Shown: piece by piece, positions 1 through 9,698 of the stretch
How the letters are laid out: each line of letters opens with the position of its first letter
How positions within the stretch are numbered: the stretch's first letter is position 1
Source: Candidatus Latescibacterota bacterium
Lineage (GTDB): Bacteria; Latescibacterota; UBA2968
Assembly (NCBI GenBank): GCA_965205975.1
Contig: OZ242195.1
Span: forward strand, 1,568,001 to 1,632,000
Reading direction: 5' to 3'
DNA length: 64,000 nucleotides
Notes under the pieces: generated by a model
The model's input: only the letters and a program-made list of their open reading frames with translations
Told to the model about the DNA's origin: nothing
Database searches by the model: none
Position numbers and translations under genes: made by a program

Positions 1-160
1 CACGAGGAACGGGTACGGGCGGAACCTCGCTGGGCACTTCCAATCCCAATAGAGCAGCTATATGGGGATTTACGCGATAGGGACCGGCAATCAGGAGTGC
101 CGTAACAAAAATCCCCAGGACGATAAGACTCCAGGTGATGTGCTTATAATATTTATCCAT
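1..160 (-). CDS. Partial (runs off window) membrane-anchored hypothetical protein
   Basis: ATG at 160 overlaps the stop of the upstream gene; translates MDKYYKHITWSLIVLGIFVTALLIAGPY..., with one hydrophobic helix. Confidence 0.6.
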   Translation of the reverse strand, partial: MDKYYKHITWSLIVLGIFVTALLIAGPYRVNPHIAALLGLEVPSEVPPVPVPR

Positions 161-2144
161 AGCGATGTACCCAATGTCCGCGTTCAGGGAACCAGATCAT
201 GTCGATACCCAATGACAAAGCCACGCCGAGAATATATCCGACGAGCAAACCGATGAACAGGGGTCTCGATTTGCGATAAACCGTTGGCCCGCCTACTTTT
301 ATGATTACAAACTTAATCAACCAAGCCAGAAAAGTTGTAAAGCTGGTGCGTCGGGCCAGATAAGAACCCGAAATCGCCAACCCCACGGGATGCAGCGGCC
401 ACCACACAAAGCGATAGCGCATATAGATCAATCCAGCCATCAGCAGACCGCCAATGCCCAAAAATACCGCTTGTTCGGGATGTTCCTCATAAAATGGCGG
501 CTCGTCAGGTTTTTTGATCGCATCAACCGTGCTCTGAAAATGGCGTTCGGCTGCCCGCGTGATCTCCCAACTGTTGAAATTATAAGCCCCTTGATCGTAA
601 CCCAACCACACGGTAAACAACATATTAAACAGCAAGCTGACCATAAATACCAGTCCAAGCGCCCCCATCAACCGCCGCCGCTGATTGCCGGGAACACCCT
701 CGGAAACACGCCCGGCATGGGAAAGCGCGGGCATAAACAAGCCCTTAAAATTCTCGTTAATCAGTGCAGAAAAGCGAAAAGAGACGAGGGTGGAAAGCGA
801 GATATTGCGCCTTCCATAAAACGATGCGACCATACTCCATGACCCAATGGGTTTGCTCGCAAATGGCATGCCGGTATCGGCGAGGATCTTCGCCATACCC
901 GTATAGACAAAAATCGCTGCCAGAATATATAAAAATCCTTTAAACGGATCGAAATTCATCTGCGTCAGCCAGATAAACAAATACGCTATGCTGCACAGCA
1001 AACCGATACAAGCGGCGCGATAGGACATCAATTCCTGGGAGTCATCCACTGTGGGATCCCTCCCGAGAGCCTTCATCAACACATCGCGCAAATGTTTTCT
1101 CGCTACCCAGAATGTCGAACCCACAAAAACGACAAAGGCTCCAAAAGTCTGCCAGTAATACACTCCCGTGCGATAATAAGGCGTGGTGGCTTTATAGCCC
1201 CACTTAGTGAGCTGGCCACCTTCAAAGATGAACACCAGATCAAAAAACCAGATGGAAAACAGAACATCCAGGCTGGCAAAATAAGAAAAAAGAATGGTAA
1301 AAATGCCAAAGTATCCCCTGATAGGCGGCAATTGGCGATCTATCCAGTACCAGCGCGACCGATAAATGGGAAAACGCGGAAAGCCCGGCAAAAAGTAATT
1401 GATACAATTCCAGGCCAGCACCCCAAACGCAATGGCAAATCCGATCCAGAACAAGCGATTGCGCATAAACTCGGGCAACCATCCCTCACCATCGCCCGGT
1501 TCAGAAGCCATATCGATCAACGGCGCCATTGCGGGAAAAACCAGGCGTTCGTTTTGCACCCATTGTTTTCTAAAAACAGTGGCCACACAGGCCAGCATTA
1601 AAAAAGCCGCCGCCACAACCGTCGTCCACCAGAACAGGGGCAATATCCACACGCCCCAGGGGATAGTAGCACCACTCGGCAAGCCTTCGTAAAACCACGC
1701 AACGGCATTGCCCTCGTGGCTCGGCAAGAGCCAGTTGGGCAAATGCGGGTGCAAGTGCTCAGCCCACTGATTTTCTTCCGTCGCAAAATAATAAGGTGCC
1801 GTAATATAGCCGATCAAATAACCCGTCATTCCAAAACACGGCAGTGCTGCGCCCACAAGGCCCATCGCCAATATTGCATGCCATTCGCCTTTTGAAAGAA
1901 CCCAGCCGGTCATTTTGGCAACAATGGCAAGCCCGATCATCAGAATCATCAAAATGATCAGCATGGCCATTGGAATGTGGCTATACGTCATCAGCGAAGC
2001 GTGCAAGACATAGCGTACATACATAGCCAACAGATCGAGGGCAATGACGAGAAAAACGCCCAATCCCACAGCGCGCAGTGTTACTGCGGGTTGTGAACTC
2101 GCATCATCTGCTTCTGTCTGAATATTTTGTATATCAAGAGCCAT
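153..2144 (-). CDS. Polytopic membrane protein, DUF6785/DUF6784-like (putative transporter)
   Basis: 663 aa, many TM segments, motifs W..NERLVFP and WWPLHPVG. Confidence 0.7.
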   Translation of the reverse strand: MALDIQNIQTEADDASSQPAVTLRAVGLGVFLVIALDLLAMYVRYVLHASLMTYSHIPMAMLIILMILMIGLAIVAKMTGWVLSKGEWHAILAMGLVGAALPCFGMTGYLIGYITAPYYFATEENQWAEHLHPHLPNWLLPSHEGNAVAWFYEGLPSGATIPWGVWILPLFWWTTVVAAAFLMLACVATVFRKQWVQNERLVFPAMAPLIDMASEPGDGEGWLPEFMRNRLFWIGFAIAFGVLAWNCINYFLPGFPRFPIYRSRWYWIDRQLPPIRGYFGIFTILFSYFASLDVLFSIWFFDLVFIFEGGQLTKWGYKATTPYYRTGVYYWQTFGAFVVFVGSTFWVARKHLRDVLMKALGRDPTVDDSQELMSYRAACIGLLCSIAYLFIWLTQMNFDPFKGFLYILAAIFVYTGMAKILADTGMPFASKPIGSWSMVASFYGRRNISLSTLVSFRFSALINENFKGLFMPALSHAGRVSEGVPGNQRRRLMGALGLVFMVSLLFNMLFTVWLGYDQGAYNFNSWEITRAAERHFQSTVDAIKKPDEPPFYEEHPEQAVFLGIGGLLMAGLIYMRYRFVWWPLHPVGLAISGSYLARRTSFTTFLAWLIKFVIIKVGGPTVYRKSRPLFIGLLVGYILGVALSLGIDMIWFPERGHWVHRYG

Positions 2145-2358
2145 TGGCGTGATTTTCGCAATACAAGGTAAAATCCCTTAAAAAATGTGCGGGGATAATT
2201 AACCCTTGCCCCTTGCATTTGTCAAATGGTTTATATGTTTATAATTGTAATCCTGCACATAGCGCAACATCATTTCTGTTTGAGAAAAAACGTAAGCAAG
2301 AACCTTGACACCAATTAGTCGTTTTGTTAAATTTGGTCGTCTTATCGAGAAAGATGAT

Positions 2359-2434
<76 letters not shown>

Positions 2435-2484
2435 TTTTTTTTAACCATATACAGACGTAATTTTTCAGTACAAGTTCCAATAAT

Positions 2485-2520
2485 AAAAGGGTGTGAACTT
2501 TCAGTGTTCACACCCTTTTT
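2485..2520. terminator. Bidirectional intrinsic terminator
   Basis: AAAAGGGTGTGAAC-tttcagt-GTTCACACCCTTTT between the convergent tRNA and FGE gene. Confidence 0.8.
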
Positions 2521-2548
2521 GTTTTTTCACTGGATTAATAATATCATC

Positions 2549-2575
2549 GTAGGGGACGGTCCCTGTGCCGTCCCG
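2549..2575 (+). repeat. REP-like GTAG palindrome
   Basis: GTAGGGGACGGTCCCTGTGCCGTCCCG; related copy in reverse orientation at 9663-9688. Confidence 0.6.
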
Positions 2576-2610
2576 AACAGTCAGCATAGCAGGTTGCTTT
2601 TAAATTCGCA

Positions 2611-3402
2611 TTACAAACTCTGTGCAACCCGAAACCCCACATAAAGGCTCCCGGCAAAGGTTCTGTGTTGATCGCGAGCAGCCGAGCGAAGGAAATATCC
2701 TTCCAGGTACCAGGCACCGCCGCGCACCACGCGCGCAGTAGAATCGCCGACCTCCCACGCAGACCCGTCATTGGGTGCGCCCACATATCTATTATTATAA
2801 CGATCCTGAGTCCATTCCCACACATTGCCGTGCATATCGTGAAGGCCCCAGGCATTGGCCTCGAACGATCCCACAGGTGCTGACATCTCGTTATCCCACT
2901 GACTGCCGCACCCATTGCAGTTGGCGCGGTTGTGACCAAGATTATGCCCCCAGCTATACCTCGTCACTGTTCCCGCGCGCGCCGCATACTCCCACTCTGC
3001 TTCGCTTGGCAAACGATAATTCTTTCCCGTCTGCTTCGATAACCACGCTGTGTACGCCACCGCATCATCCCAGGTGATATTGACCACGGGACGCTGCCCC
3101 CGGCCGAAACCCCGGTCGTCTGCTCGCTCGCGCCCCGTCGCATCCGTGAAGAGATCGTACTCCTCAAATGTCACCTCGTACTTCGAAAGCGCGAACGACT
3201 CAATCGTTACTTCATGCACTGGCCTCTCGCTATTATTACAACTTCTTCCCGATACGCACCCCATCTTAAAACTTCCCGCAGGAATCACCACCATCTCCGG
3301 CGGCTCAAAAGTAGCCTCTTTCTCCTGCGAAACCTGAGCGGATGTACCTGTGGAAAATCCCAACAAAAATAGAACGGAAAAGCTACTGATGATTCCCCGC
3401 AT
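2611..3402 (-). CDS. Secreted FGE-sulfatase/SUMF1-domain protein
   Basis: RBS AGGAG before ATG 3402, signal peptide, motifs YRLPSEAEWEYAARAG, GLHDMHGNVWEW, RVVRGG, GFRVA. Confidence 0.9.
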   Translation of the reverse strand: MRGIISSFSVLFLLGFSTGTSAQVSQEKEATFEPPEMVVIPAGSFKMGCVSGRSCNNSERPVHEVTIESFALSKYEVTFEEYDLFTDATGRERADDRGFGRGQRPVVNITWDDAVAYTAWLSKQTGKNYRLPSEAEWEYAARAGTVTRYSWGHNLGHNRANCNGCGSQWDNEMSAPVGSFEANAWGLHDMHGNVWEWTQDRYNNRYVGAPNDGSAWEVGDSTARVVRGGAWYLEGYFLRSAARDQHRTFAGSLYVGFRVAQSL

Positions 3403-3485
3403 GATATCTCTCCTGTCATTGATCATCTGTAAATGCTCATGACATAAAAAATAAGACAACTTCTTATGCATGAGAAACATATTTT

Positions 3486-4214
3486 TTACCTCCCGATAGT
3501 CACATTGACCAGGGCGCCGGGTCTGACATGCTTTCCCGCATTTAAAAAAAGACCCGTTACTTTACACGTCCCATTTTCCGGATCAATAACAGGACTGATC
3601 CCGACAATGCGCCCGGGCAGCGCGCGCTTTCCGCCAGCGGTCAGCACGGCAGACAGCGGCATATTCTTATGAATCGCGTTCAGCCTACCCTCGGGCACAA
3701 ACATAAACACCTGAAGATCCACAGGGTCAATCACCCGCGCGACCGCGGTGTAAGCCAGTACCCAGTCACCTGCCTTTACATTGACCTCGACCACCATCCC
3801 GTCCTGGGGTGCGATGATTGCGGTTCTGTCCAGTTCCATACGCGCGGCGACCCAGTTATAGTGTGCGACCTCGGCATCGAATCGGACATTTTCGAGCTGC
3901 TGGTCACTGATCAGCTTCTTATCGTGCAACACTTCCAATCGCGCTTGCAGAGTCTGGGCCTTCTTCAGTGCAATTCGAGCCGCGACTTCCTTCACGCGCA
4001 AATCTCGGCGGGATAATACCATGAGGGTATCCCCTTTGACCACCCGGTCTCCCACCTCGAAATTGACCTGCTGCATCCGCGCGTTCATCCCAGCATAGAC
4101 AGTTGCCGATCGCGCAGATACTAAAGGTGCTCTCAACATCAATTCTTCTGCATTGGCCCTTGCGGCAATGAACATGAGGAACAGACCGCACAGAAACATC
4201 GCGTTGTATATCAT
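3486..4214 (-). CDS. HlyD/RND-type periplasmic adaptor (membrane fusion protein)
   Basis: Lipoyl half-motifs GDRVVKGDTL and IIAPQDGMV...VKAGDWV, coiled hairpin, ISPVIDPENGT. Confidence 0.85.
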   Translation of the reverse strand: MIYNAMFLCGLFLMFIAARANAEELMLRAPLVSARSATVYAGMNARMQQVNFEVGDRVVKGDTLMVLSRRDLRVKEVAARIALKKAQTLQARLEVLHDKKLISDQQLENVRFDAEVAHYNWVAARMELDRTAIIAPQDGMVVEVNVKAGDWVLAYTAVARVIDPVDLQVFMFVPEGRLNAIHKNMPLSAVLTAGGKRALPGRIVGISPVIDPENGTCKVTGLFLNAGKHVRPGALVNVTIGR

Positions 4215-5404
4215 AGTTGATCTCCTATCAGGCGAATACGTAACACACCCCAGAATCGTACGTTTTTGCGTTTCAGAGCCTCAATCTCTTTCTCCTTATC
4301 CGCCAGTTCTCTCTCAACTTGTTCCAGTTTCAGATAGTGAACGGGCGGATAAGCCATTTTCAGGTCCTCCAGTTTTTCAAAAACCTCTTGCTTCTGCCTT
4401 AACAAATCTTTTATGCGTTGTGAAAGGCCTCTTAAAATAGGCTGAAACCGCAAAATCTCCTTTTTTTGGGCAAAATTGAATTCAATTTTTCGGGTAGTGA
4501 AACTGACGGCACTGCTCGGAGCGTCTTCCTCCTCAACTTCAAAAGAAGCATCTGCCTCGAGCAGTCCAGAGACAAAACTGTTTTCCTGGATCTGATCCAC
4601 CAGTTCCCGATAGGTCTCGCCTTTCAACCGGAGCGCCTGTATTCTCACGGGGCGATCCGTCTCCTCCACGCGCACCTTATCCGGCAAAATCGCACCGTGT
4701 TCTCCGCACGTCAGAACCCGCCCATCGAAAAAGATCCAGAACCACGCGGGCCTGGCATCGAGAATCAGAGCTTTTCCACTTACCTTCTCCCGCGTGTGTC
4801 GCCATTGTCCTTCAAAATTCAAATAGGTTTCTGTATTGGCGCTCCGATAATCTGCATAAGCAGCCGAAGGCGTCGCCATCAGATATCTGAACGACCGCCA
4901 GATACCGCCCATAGTCGATATGGGCATGAACAATAGGAGCAGTATGACAAACACAGCCAATACAGTACCCTCCCCCAGGAGGGATCCGGTTTTGACCCTG
5001 TACTTCGCACTGCCTGGAAAAACACAAACCGCGGGATGGGGATAAAACAAAGGCACGCCGCTTTTGGTTGCACTATCGGCGATCAGGTGGCTCATATACC
5101 CTAATAGTATGGCTGTATAACATGCGGTTTGCCAGACAAGCAAGGGCAAGGTGACAACCGATAGAGCGAGCATACAGAGCATCGAATGCGTAATCGTCCG
5201 GTGCCCCCATCGTCGCTCAATCGGAATAGAAGCAAAGGGCATCACCCGGCCAATATAACTTCTCGGCGAATCTACATCCGGAAGCAGACTCCCTATGATC
5301 GCGCATGCAATCGCGGGAAGATTGCGGTGGATGGACATGGAAAAGAGCGAGAAGGAGCTCGCCACAGTGAGCAGCCCAAATGCGATGTGTGTAGGTGCAG
5401 TCAT
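4211..5404 (-). CDS. YdjM-type inner-membrane metal-dependent hydrolase with C-terminal extension
   Basis: THIAFG, GSLLPDVD, GHRTITHS, SHLIADSATKSGVPLFYP; C-terminal coiled coil. Confidence 0.85.
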   Translation of the reverse strand: MTAPTHIAFGLLTVASSFSLFSMSIHRNLPAIACAIIGSLLPDVDSPRSYIGRVMPFASIPIERRWGHRTITHSMLCMLALSVVTLPLLVWQTACYTAILLGYMSHLIADSATKSGVPLFYPHPAVCVFPGSAKYRVKTGSLLGEGTVLAVFVILLLLFMPISTMGGIWRSFRYLMATPSAAYADYRSANTETYLNFEGQWRHTREKVSGKALILDARPAWFWIFFDGRVLTCGEHGAILPDKVRVEETDRPVRIQALRLKGETYRELVDQIQENSFVSGLLEADASFEVEEEDAPSSAVSFTTRKIEFNFAQKKEILRFQPILRGLSQRIKDLLRQKQEVFEKLEDLKMAYPPVHYLKLEQVERELADKEKEIEALKRKNVRFWGVLRIRLIGDQL

Positions 5405-7077
5405 CGGTTGAACCTGTACATGAAAAATCGAATGCCCACCAAAAGCGCACTGCCAATACCTGCCAGCACATAGCCCTCCATGCTTCCGATACCGCGCATG
5501 AAGAATCGCGCTGCGACCACAGCCAGCAGAAGCAGCACCACGGCGAACGTAAGATCGATCTGGTTTCGCGCGCCCGTATGCAACACATCTCGCACCACGG
5601 ATCGGGTTACCGCCGGTTCTTTGCGAAACCGTTCCACAATCTCAATAATGGCGCGCGGATTGCCAGCACTCTGCTGCAAGATATTCGTCTCAGTCATTCG
5701 GTAGTCTTCTATATTGGCGCCAGCAGTACACAGACGGATGAGTTTTTTCGCGTCCGCAGTAGATAAGCGCTCTATTTCTACGCGGTCGAACTTCCAGAAG
5801 TGTTTCTCGTAGGACCTCCGTACTTCTGGCAGGGCCGCGATAATGGTAAACTTGCGGTTGAGTTTGTCGATCAACCGCCCGACGGAGGCGGTCATATCGG
5901 ATAGATCATCCACAATCAGCACGAACTCATTTTTCTTCACCGAGCCGAGCACCATATCTGTCCAGCCCTGGATGGTCGTGCGGGTGTGTTGCTTTTTGAT
6001 TGTTTCAAAGGGAATGGATGCCCCGGGCGCGATATTGGGAACTGAATGATCTGTTTCAATAGCATCACCTCCTTCGGCTATGTGTGATTGATTGTTGTCT
6101 TGATCTGCCCCAACATCAGCAATCAGAGTCTCCCCCTTCATCTCTTCTTGCCGTTGCCGTGCCCGGGGCCTCTCCCCTTCCTCTTTGTCCGGACCGTCCG
6201 GACATAGCCTTCCTATTTTGTGCAGCTCCTCTGCAATATTTATCAGGCTCTCTTTCGCCGGTGAAAGCGTCTTCACCACGAGCGCGTTTTCAGCCTCGAG
6301 CAGTGCGAGCAAATGACTTTTGCCCACGCCGATCGGGCCGAGCACCAGCGTATCAATACTCTTACTCAAGTTGTCTTTGAGCTGGCGCAATTCTTTGTCG
6401 CGTCCCACTGTCTGTAGGACCCCGATATGCAACTGCTTTCTCGGCTGAACAAAAAATCTGTAATCGCGGTTCTTCTGCCGCGACCACCACCGCGACAACC
6501 ACGACCTGCGGTCGATGCGGTCAACAGAATGTCGCTTTTGTTCGGCACTCACAGAAATGTAGATGGACGACGTCTCGATGGACGCATGCCCCATCAGATC
6601 TTTGATGCGCTCGACCGGTACATTTCGATCTGCCAGGTCCGTGCCGAAAGTGTGCCTGAGCATGTGCGGATGAACGTGGCGGATCCCCGCGCGCTGCGCG
6701 TAGGTCTTCATGGCTGCCCACACGGTCTTGCGGCTGAGACGTTGTCCGTTGCGGAGATTGCAAAAGACATAAGGAGAATCCGAAAAATGACGGGACTCCA
6801 GCCACTCGCGGAGCACGTCCTGCACCTCGAGGTTCATCGGGACAACCCGCTCTTTGTTGCGTTTGCCCGTGAAGCGAAGGCTCGGTGTGCCCGTTGACCA
6901 ATGGATATTGTCAACCGTGAGTGAACACGCTTCGGATACGCGCAGTCCACACCGCGAGAGCACGGCGATAAGCGCGCGATCGCGCGGGTTCATGCGTACG
7001 GATTGGAGTGCTTCAAGCTCGTCTTGCGCGAGCGCTTTGGGGAGTTTCTGTATGGATGATCGTGATGTCATAAGCAA
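5401..7077 (-). CDS. Tyrosine recombinase catalytic domain fused to P-loop (AAA/STAND-like) ATPase and 2 C-terminal TM helices
   Basis: GLRVSE, GKRNKER, HMLRH, MGH, SSIY; Walker A GPIGVGKS, Walker B VLIVDD, GNPR; two hydrophobic helices at the C-terminus. Confidence 0.88.
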   Translation of the reverse strand: MLMTSRSSIQKLPKALAQDELEALQSVRMNPRDRALIAVLSRCGLRVSEACSLTVDNIHWSTGTPSLRFTGKRNKERVVPMNLEVQDVLREWLESRHFSDSPYVFCNLRNGQRLSRKTVWAAMKTYAQRAGIRHVHPHMLRHTFGTDLADRNVPVERIKDLMGHASIETSSIYISVSAEQKRHSVDRIDRRSWLSRWWSRQKNRDYRFFVQPRKQLHIGVLQTVGRDKELRQLKDNLSKSIDTLVLGPIGVGKSHLLALLEAENALVVKTLSPAKESLINIAEELHKIGRLCPDGPDKEEGERPRARQRQEEMKGETLIADVGADQDNNQSHIAEGGDAIETDHSVPNIAPGASIPFETIKKQHTRTTIQGWTDMVLGSVKKNEFVLIVDDLSDMTASVGRLIDKLNRKFTIIAALPEVRRSYEKHFWKFDRVEIERLSTADAKKLIRLCTAGANIEDYRMTETNILQQSAGNPRAIIEIVERFRKEPAVTRSVVRDVLHTGARNQIDLTFAVVLLLLAVVAARFFMRGIGSMEGYVLAGIGSALLVGIRFFMYRFNR

Positions 7078-7216
7078 CTCTATGGGTTAATGGATTAACA
7101 CATTCTTTCTACGGTATTGGGGACGTACCTGACATAATTCGTATTGGGTTGTTCGCGGCGGAATCTATCGGTGGGGTTAAAACCCCGTGCTCAGTATGGG
7201 AAAAAAACACCGCCGC

Positions 7217-7534
7217 TCACGGAAAACGACGATGCTTCGCATCCTTTTTGTTCGACCTCCGACCGAGACAAAAAGTCACCCGCTTTGCGGGCGGTCGTTT
7301 ACTCATCAGCGTCTCGAGAAGCGGTGCCAGGAAGATCGCCGCGATGAACGTTATCCAAAACCCGTTGTCGGCAATCATCGCCGGCGCAGAGAGACCGAGA
7401 ACGCGCTGAAAGTGCGCCCGAATCACATTGTCTCTGGATCCGAAGACATCGAGGACGTCGGGTGTGGGATGGGTTTCTGGTGGGACTGTACGGGACGGTA
7501 CTGCTGGACGGGTTGCGAGTGACTGGTGAACCAT
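7217..7534 (-). CDS. Small hypothetical protein (105 aa), first ORF after the sigma54 promoter
   Basis: AGGAGG RBS upstream of ATG 7534; one hydrophobic stretch FWITFIAAIFLAPLL. Confidence 0.5.
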   Translation of the reverse strand: MVHQSLATRPAVPSRTVPPETHPTPDVLDVFGSRDNVIRAHFQRVLGLSAPAMIADNGFWITFIAAIFLAPLLETLMSKRPPAKRVTFCLGRRSNKKDAKHRRFP

Positions 7535-7595
7535 GAGAAACGCCCTCCTGAATGGGTTTGGAACTGAAAATTTTGATCTCGTGCCCTGTATATAG

Positions 7596-7611
7596 TGCAA
7601 AAATCGTGCCA
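7596..7611 (-). promoter_or_regulatory. sigma54 -24/-12 promoter
   Basis: TGGCACGATTTTTGCA matches TGGCAC-N5-TTGCA. Confidence 0.8.
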
Positions 7612-7685
7612 AACAAGCCGAAAAATTCGTAAGTGCTTGCAGGAGAGCGTGTTTTTAAAAAATGACGAAAAACAGACATGCCGAA

Positions 7686-7745
7686 AACTGTTTCATTTGA
7701 AACAGTTGGTGTGTCATATGACACAGTTAGGATAGAAATGAGACA
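7686..7745. promoter_or_regulatory. Phased palindromes, candidate bEBP enhancer
   Basis: AACTGTTTCA-TT-TGAAACAGTT, TGTGTCATATGACACA and half-site ATGAGACA at ~21-bp spacing. Confidence 0.65.
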
Positions 7746-7769
7746 GGGGGATTACAGAGAAATTCACAC

Positions 7770-7800
7770 AAAAAATGCCCTGAAGAACACAGGGCATTTT
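7770..7800 (-). terminator. Intrinsic terminator
   Basis: AAATGCCCTG-aagaaca-CAGGGCATTT, giving a T-run on the minus strand. Confidence 0.7.
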
Positions 7801-7989
7801 GGTAGGTATTTATAGTGATGGTGCTCAGATGAACACTATATTGTAAATGTCGCGGTCGTTCAAAGTAACAGCCAGCGGGCGCAATAAATAAAACAAAACG
7901 ATTTTCTATTAATTGATAATGTCATACACCAGAGCGGGTCAAGTCCAATTCTGGTGAACGGACCATATCTGCGATACAGGCCGAAGCTA

Positions 7990-9567
7990 TCACATGCCCC
8001 ATACGTCAATCTCTACCCCGCTGATAGATGTTCGGCGGAAGTGGAACACCTTGTCGTCCCAACGCCTGTCTTCACGCCGATCAAAAATCACCAGATGACC
8101 CGCCTCCGCATCGCAGCGATCCATGTATTCCGCGGTCTGTTCCAGACCCTCGGCAATGGTCTGTTCCAGACTCTTGTGGAGCAATTTGCACTCAATCACA
8201 ATCTTGCGCGTCTGATTGCCCTGTGGCCATAAGATCAACAGATCGGTGCGTCCACGTCCCAAACCATACTCCCGTTCAATACGCCCACCGCTGTTGACAA
8301 TGCGCTGCAAAAACGCCTGCAACAGCAACTGAGGACCCGCCTCCTGGTATTGGAACCGCGTCACCCAATGCTCTGAGTGTTCGCGGAAAAAGGTCTGAAA
8401 CTCGGTCAGCAGTGCAACCACGTCCAGGCTACCATCAGCAGTGACATACCAGGCAGTTTCCTGCTCAAACTCCTCCTGGACCACCCACGTCAGTTCGCGG
8501 GGAACGACCTCGGCGTAGATGGGATTGGCGATACGCACGGGACGATCCTGAGCCACCAGGCCGAGATCGCGCACATACTCTATGTCGCGGTCAATGAAGC
8601 GGCGCTCCTCGGCTCCGCTCAAGAGTGGCTCGACAACGCGCCGCACGCGGTCTTCCTTGAGCTTGTCGGCCAACTGATCCAGGTGTGTCTCTCGGCGCAG
8701 GATGAGTTGCTCTTGCGCTTCTCGGATGGCCTCGGCGGTGATCGCGATACTGCGGTCTTCTGCTGCTTCCCCATAGAAACAGGTCTCATCCGCCAGCGCA
8801 TTCACCAGATAGGGTTGCCCTTGTGTCTGCGTCCAGACCGTCTCCAGCGCGGCGGCGGTGAACGCCTGTCCCGTCTCCTCCGTATGCTGCCCGAGCAGGG
8901 CAATTACCTCATCTTGCGAGAAGTCACCGAGGCGCAGGGATCGCGCTTTGATATTGAACGCACTGCCACCGGCGATGAGGGCGTTCTCTGCAGTTGATTG
9001 GATGCGGTAATCGCGCACATCGCGCACCCCGCACAGCACCACACTCTGTGGAAATCCCTCCGGGCGGCGGACATAGCCAGCCCGCAACTGCCGCAGCACA
9101 GACAGCAGCGAATCGCCAATCAGAGCATCGATCTCATCAATAAGCAGTACCAGGGGTTTTGAGTTCGCCTCGGTCCAGCGCGTCAACGCTTCGCGCAGGG
9201 CGCCGTGGGGTCCGTATTTTGATAGAATGTCGGGCCAAATATCGTCCAGAAATTCGTCGCCCAGTGTCGAACGCGCCCAGGAGGCCAGTTCGCCCAGAAT
9301 GGTACGCATCACCTGTTCCACATCTTCGCGTGCGGCCTGCCCACCTTCGATATTGACGTACACACACCGATAGGCGTCTTCGGCATTGAGCAAATCGCGC
9401 AGCGCCAACAATGCCGAAGTCTTGCCCGTCTGCCGGGGCGCGTGCAAGACAAAGTAGCGTTTGTCGCGGATAAGCCGGCGCACATCGGCAAGGTTCAGCC
9501 GTTTTAGGGGCGGGATACAGTAATGATCTGCTGCCACCACAGGACCGCTCGTATTGAAGAAGCGCAT
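7990..9567 (-). CDS. AAA-like ATPase with C-terminal PD-(D/E)XK nuclease-like domain
   Basis: Walker A APRQTGKTS, Walker B LLIDEID, C-terminal EREYGLGRGRTDL...IVIECK. Confidence 0.85.
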   Translation of the reverse strand: MRFFNTSGPVVAADHYCIPPLKRLNLADVRRLIRDKRYFVLHAPRQTGKTSALLALRDLLNAEDAYRCVYVNIEGGQAAREDVEQVMRTILGELASWARSTLGDEFLDDIWPDILSKYGPHGALREALTRWTEANSKPLVLLIDEIDALIGDSLLSVLRQLRAGYVRRPEGFPQSVVLCGVRDVRDYRIQSTAENALIAGGSAFNIKARSLRLGDFSQDEVIALLGQHTEETGQAFTAAALETVWTQTQGQPYLVNALADETCFYGEAAEDRSIAITAEAIREAQEQLILRRETHLDQLADKLKEDRVRRVVEPLLSGAEERRFIDRDIEYVRDLGLVAQDRPVRIANPIYAEVVPRELTWVVQEEFEQETAWYVTADGSLDVVALLTEFQTFFREHSEHWVTRFQYQEAGPQLLLQAFLQRIVNSGGRIEREYGLGRGRTDLLILWPQGNQTRKIVIECKLLHKSLEQTIAEGLEQTAEYMDRCDAEAGHLVIFDRREDRRWDDKVFHFRRTSISGVEIDVWGM

Positions 9568-9662
9568 GGATCACACCCTCTCTGTAGAAATCCATGTGAA
9601 ACAGAGGTAGATGTCAAAAGATATATCTGCCCAGAAACATTGTCAAATGCCAACCCTACAAT

Positions 9663-9688
9663 CGGGCAGGCACAAGACCTGCCCCTAC
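9663..9688 (-). repeat. REP-like GTAG palindrome
   Basis: Reverse complement reads GTAGGGGCAGGTCTTGTGCCTGCCCG. Confidence 0.6.
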
Positions 9689-9698
9689 GGACCAATTT

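Noticed and set aside
2611..2720. DGR target/template pair (FGE C-terminus versus relic at 9699-9809)
   Set aside because: No reverse transcriptase in the window; similarity is only ~25 bp and the differences are not adenine-specific
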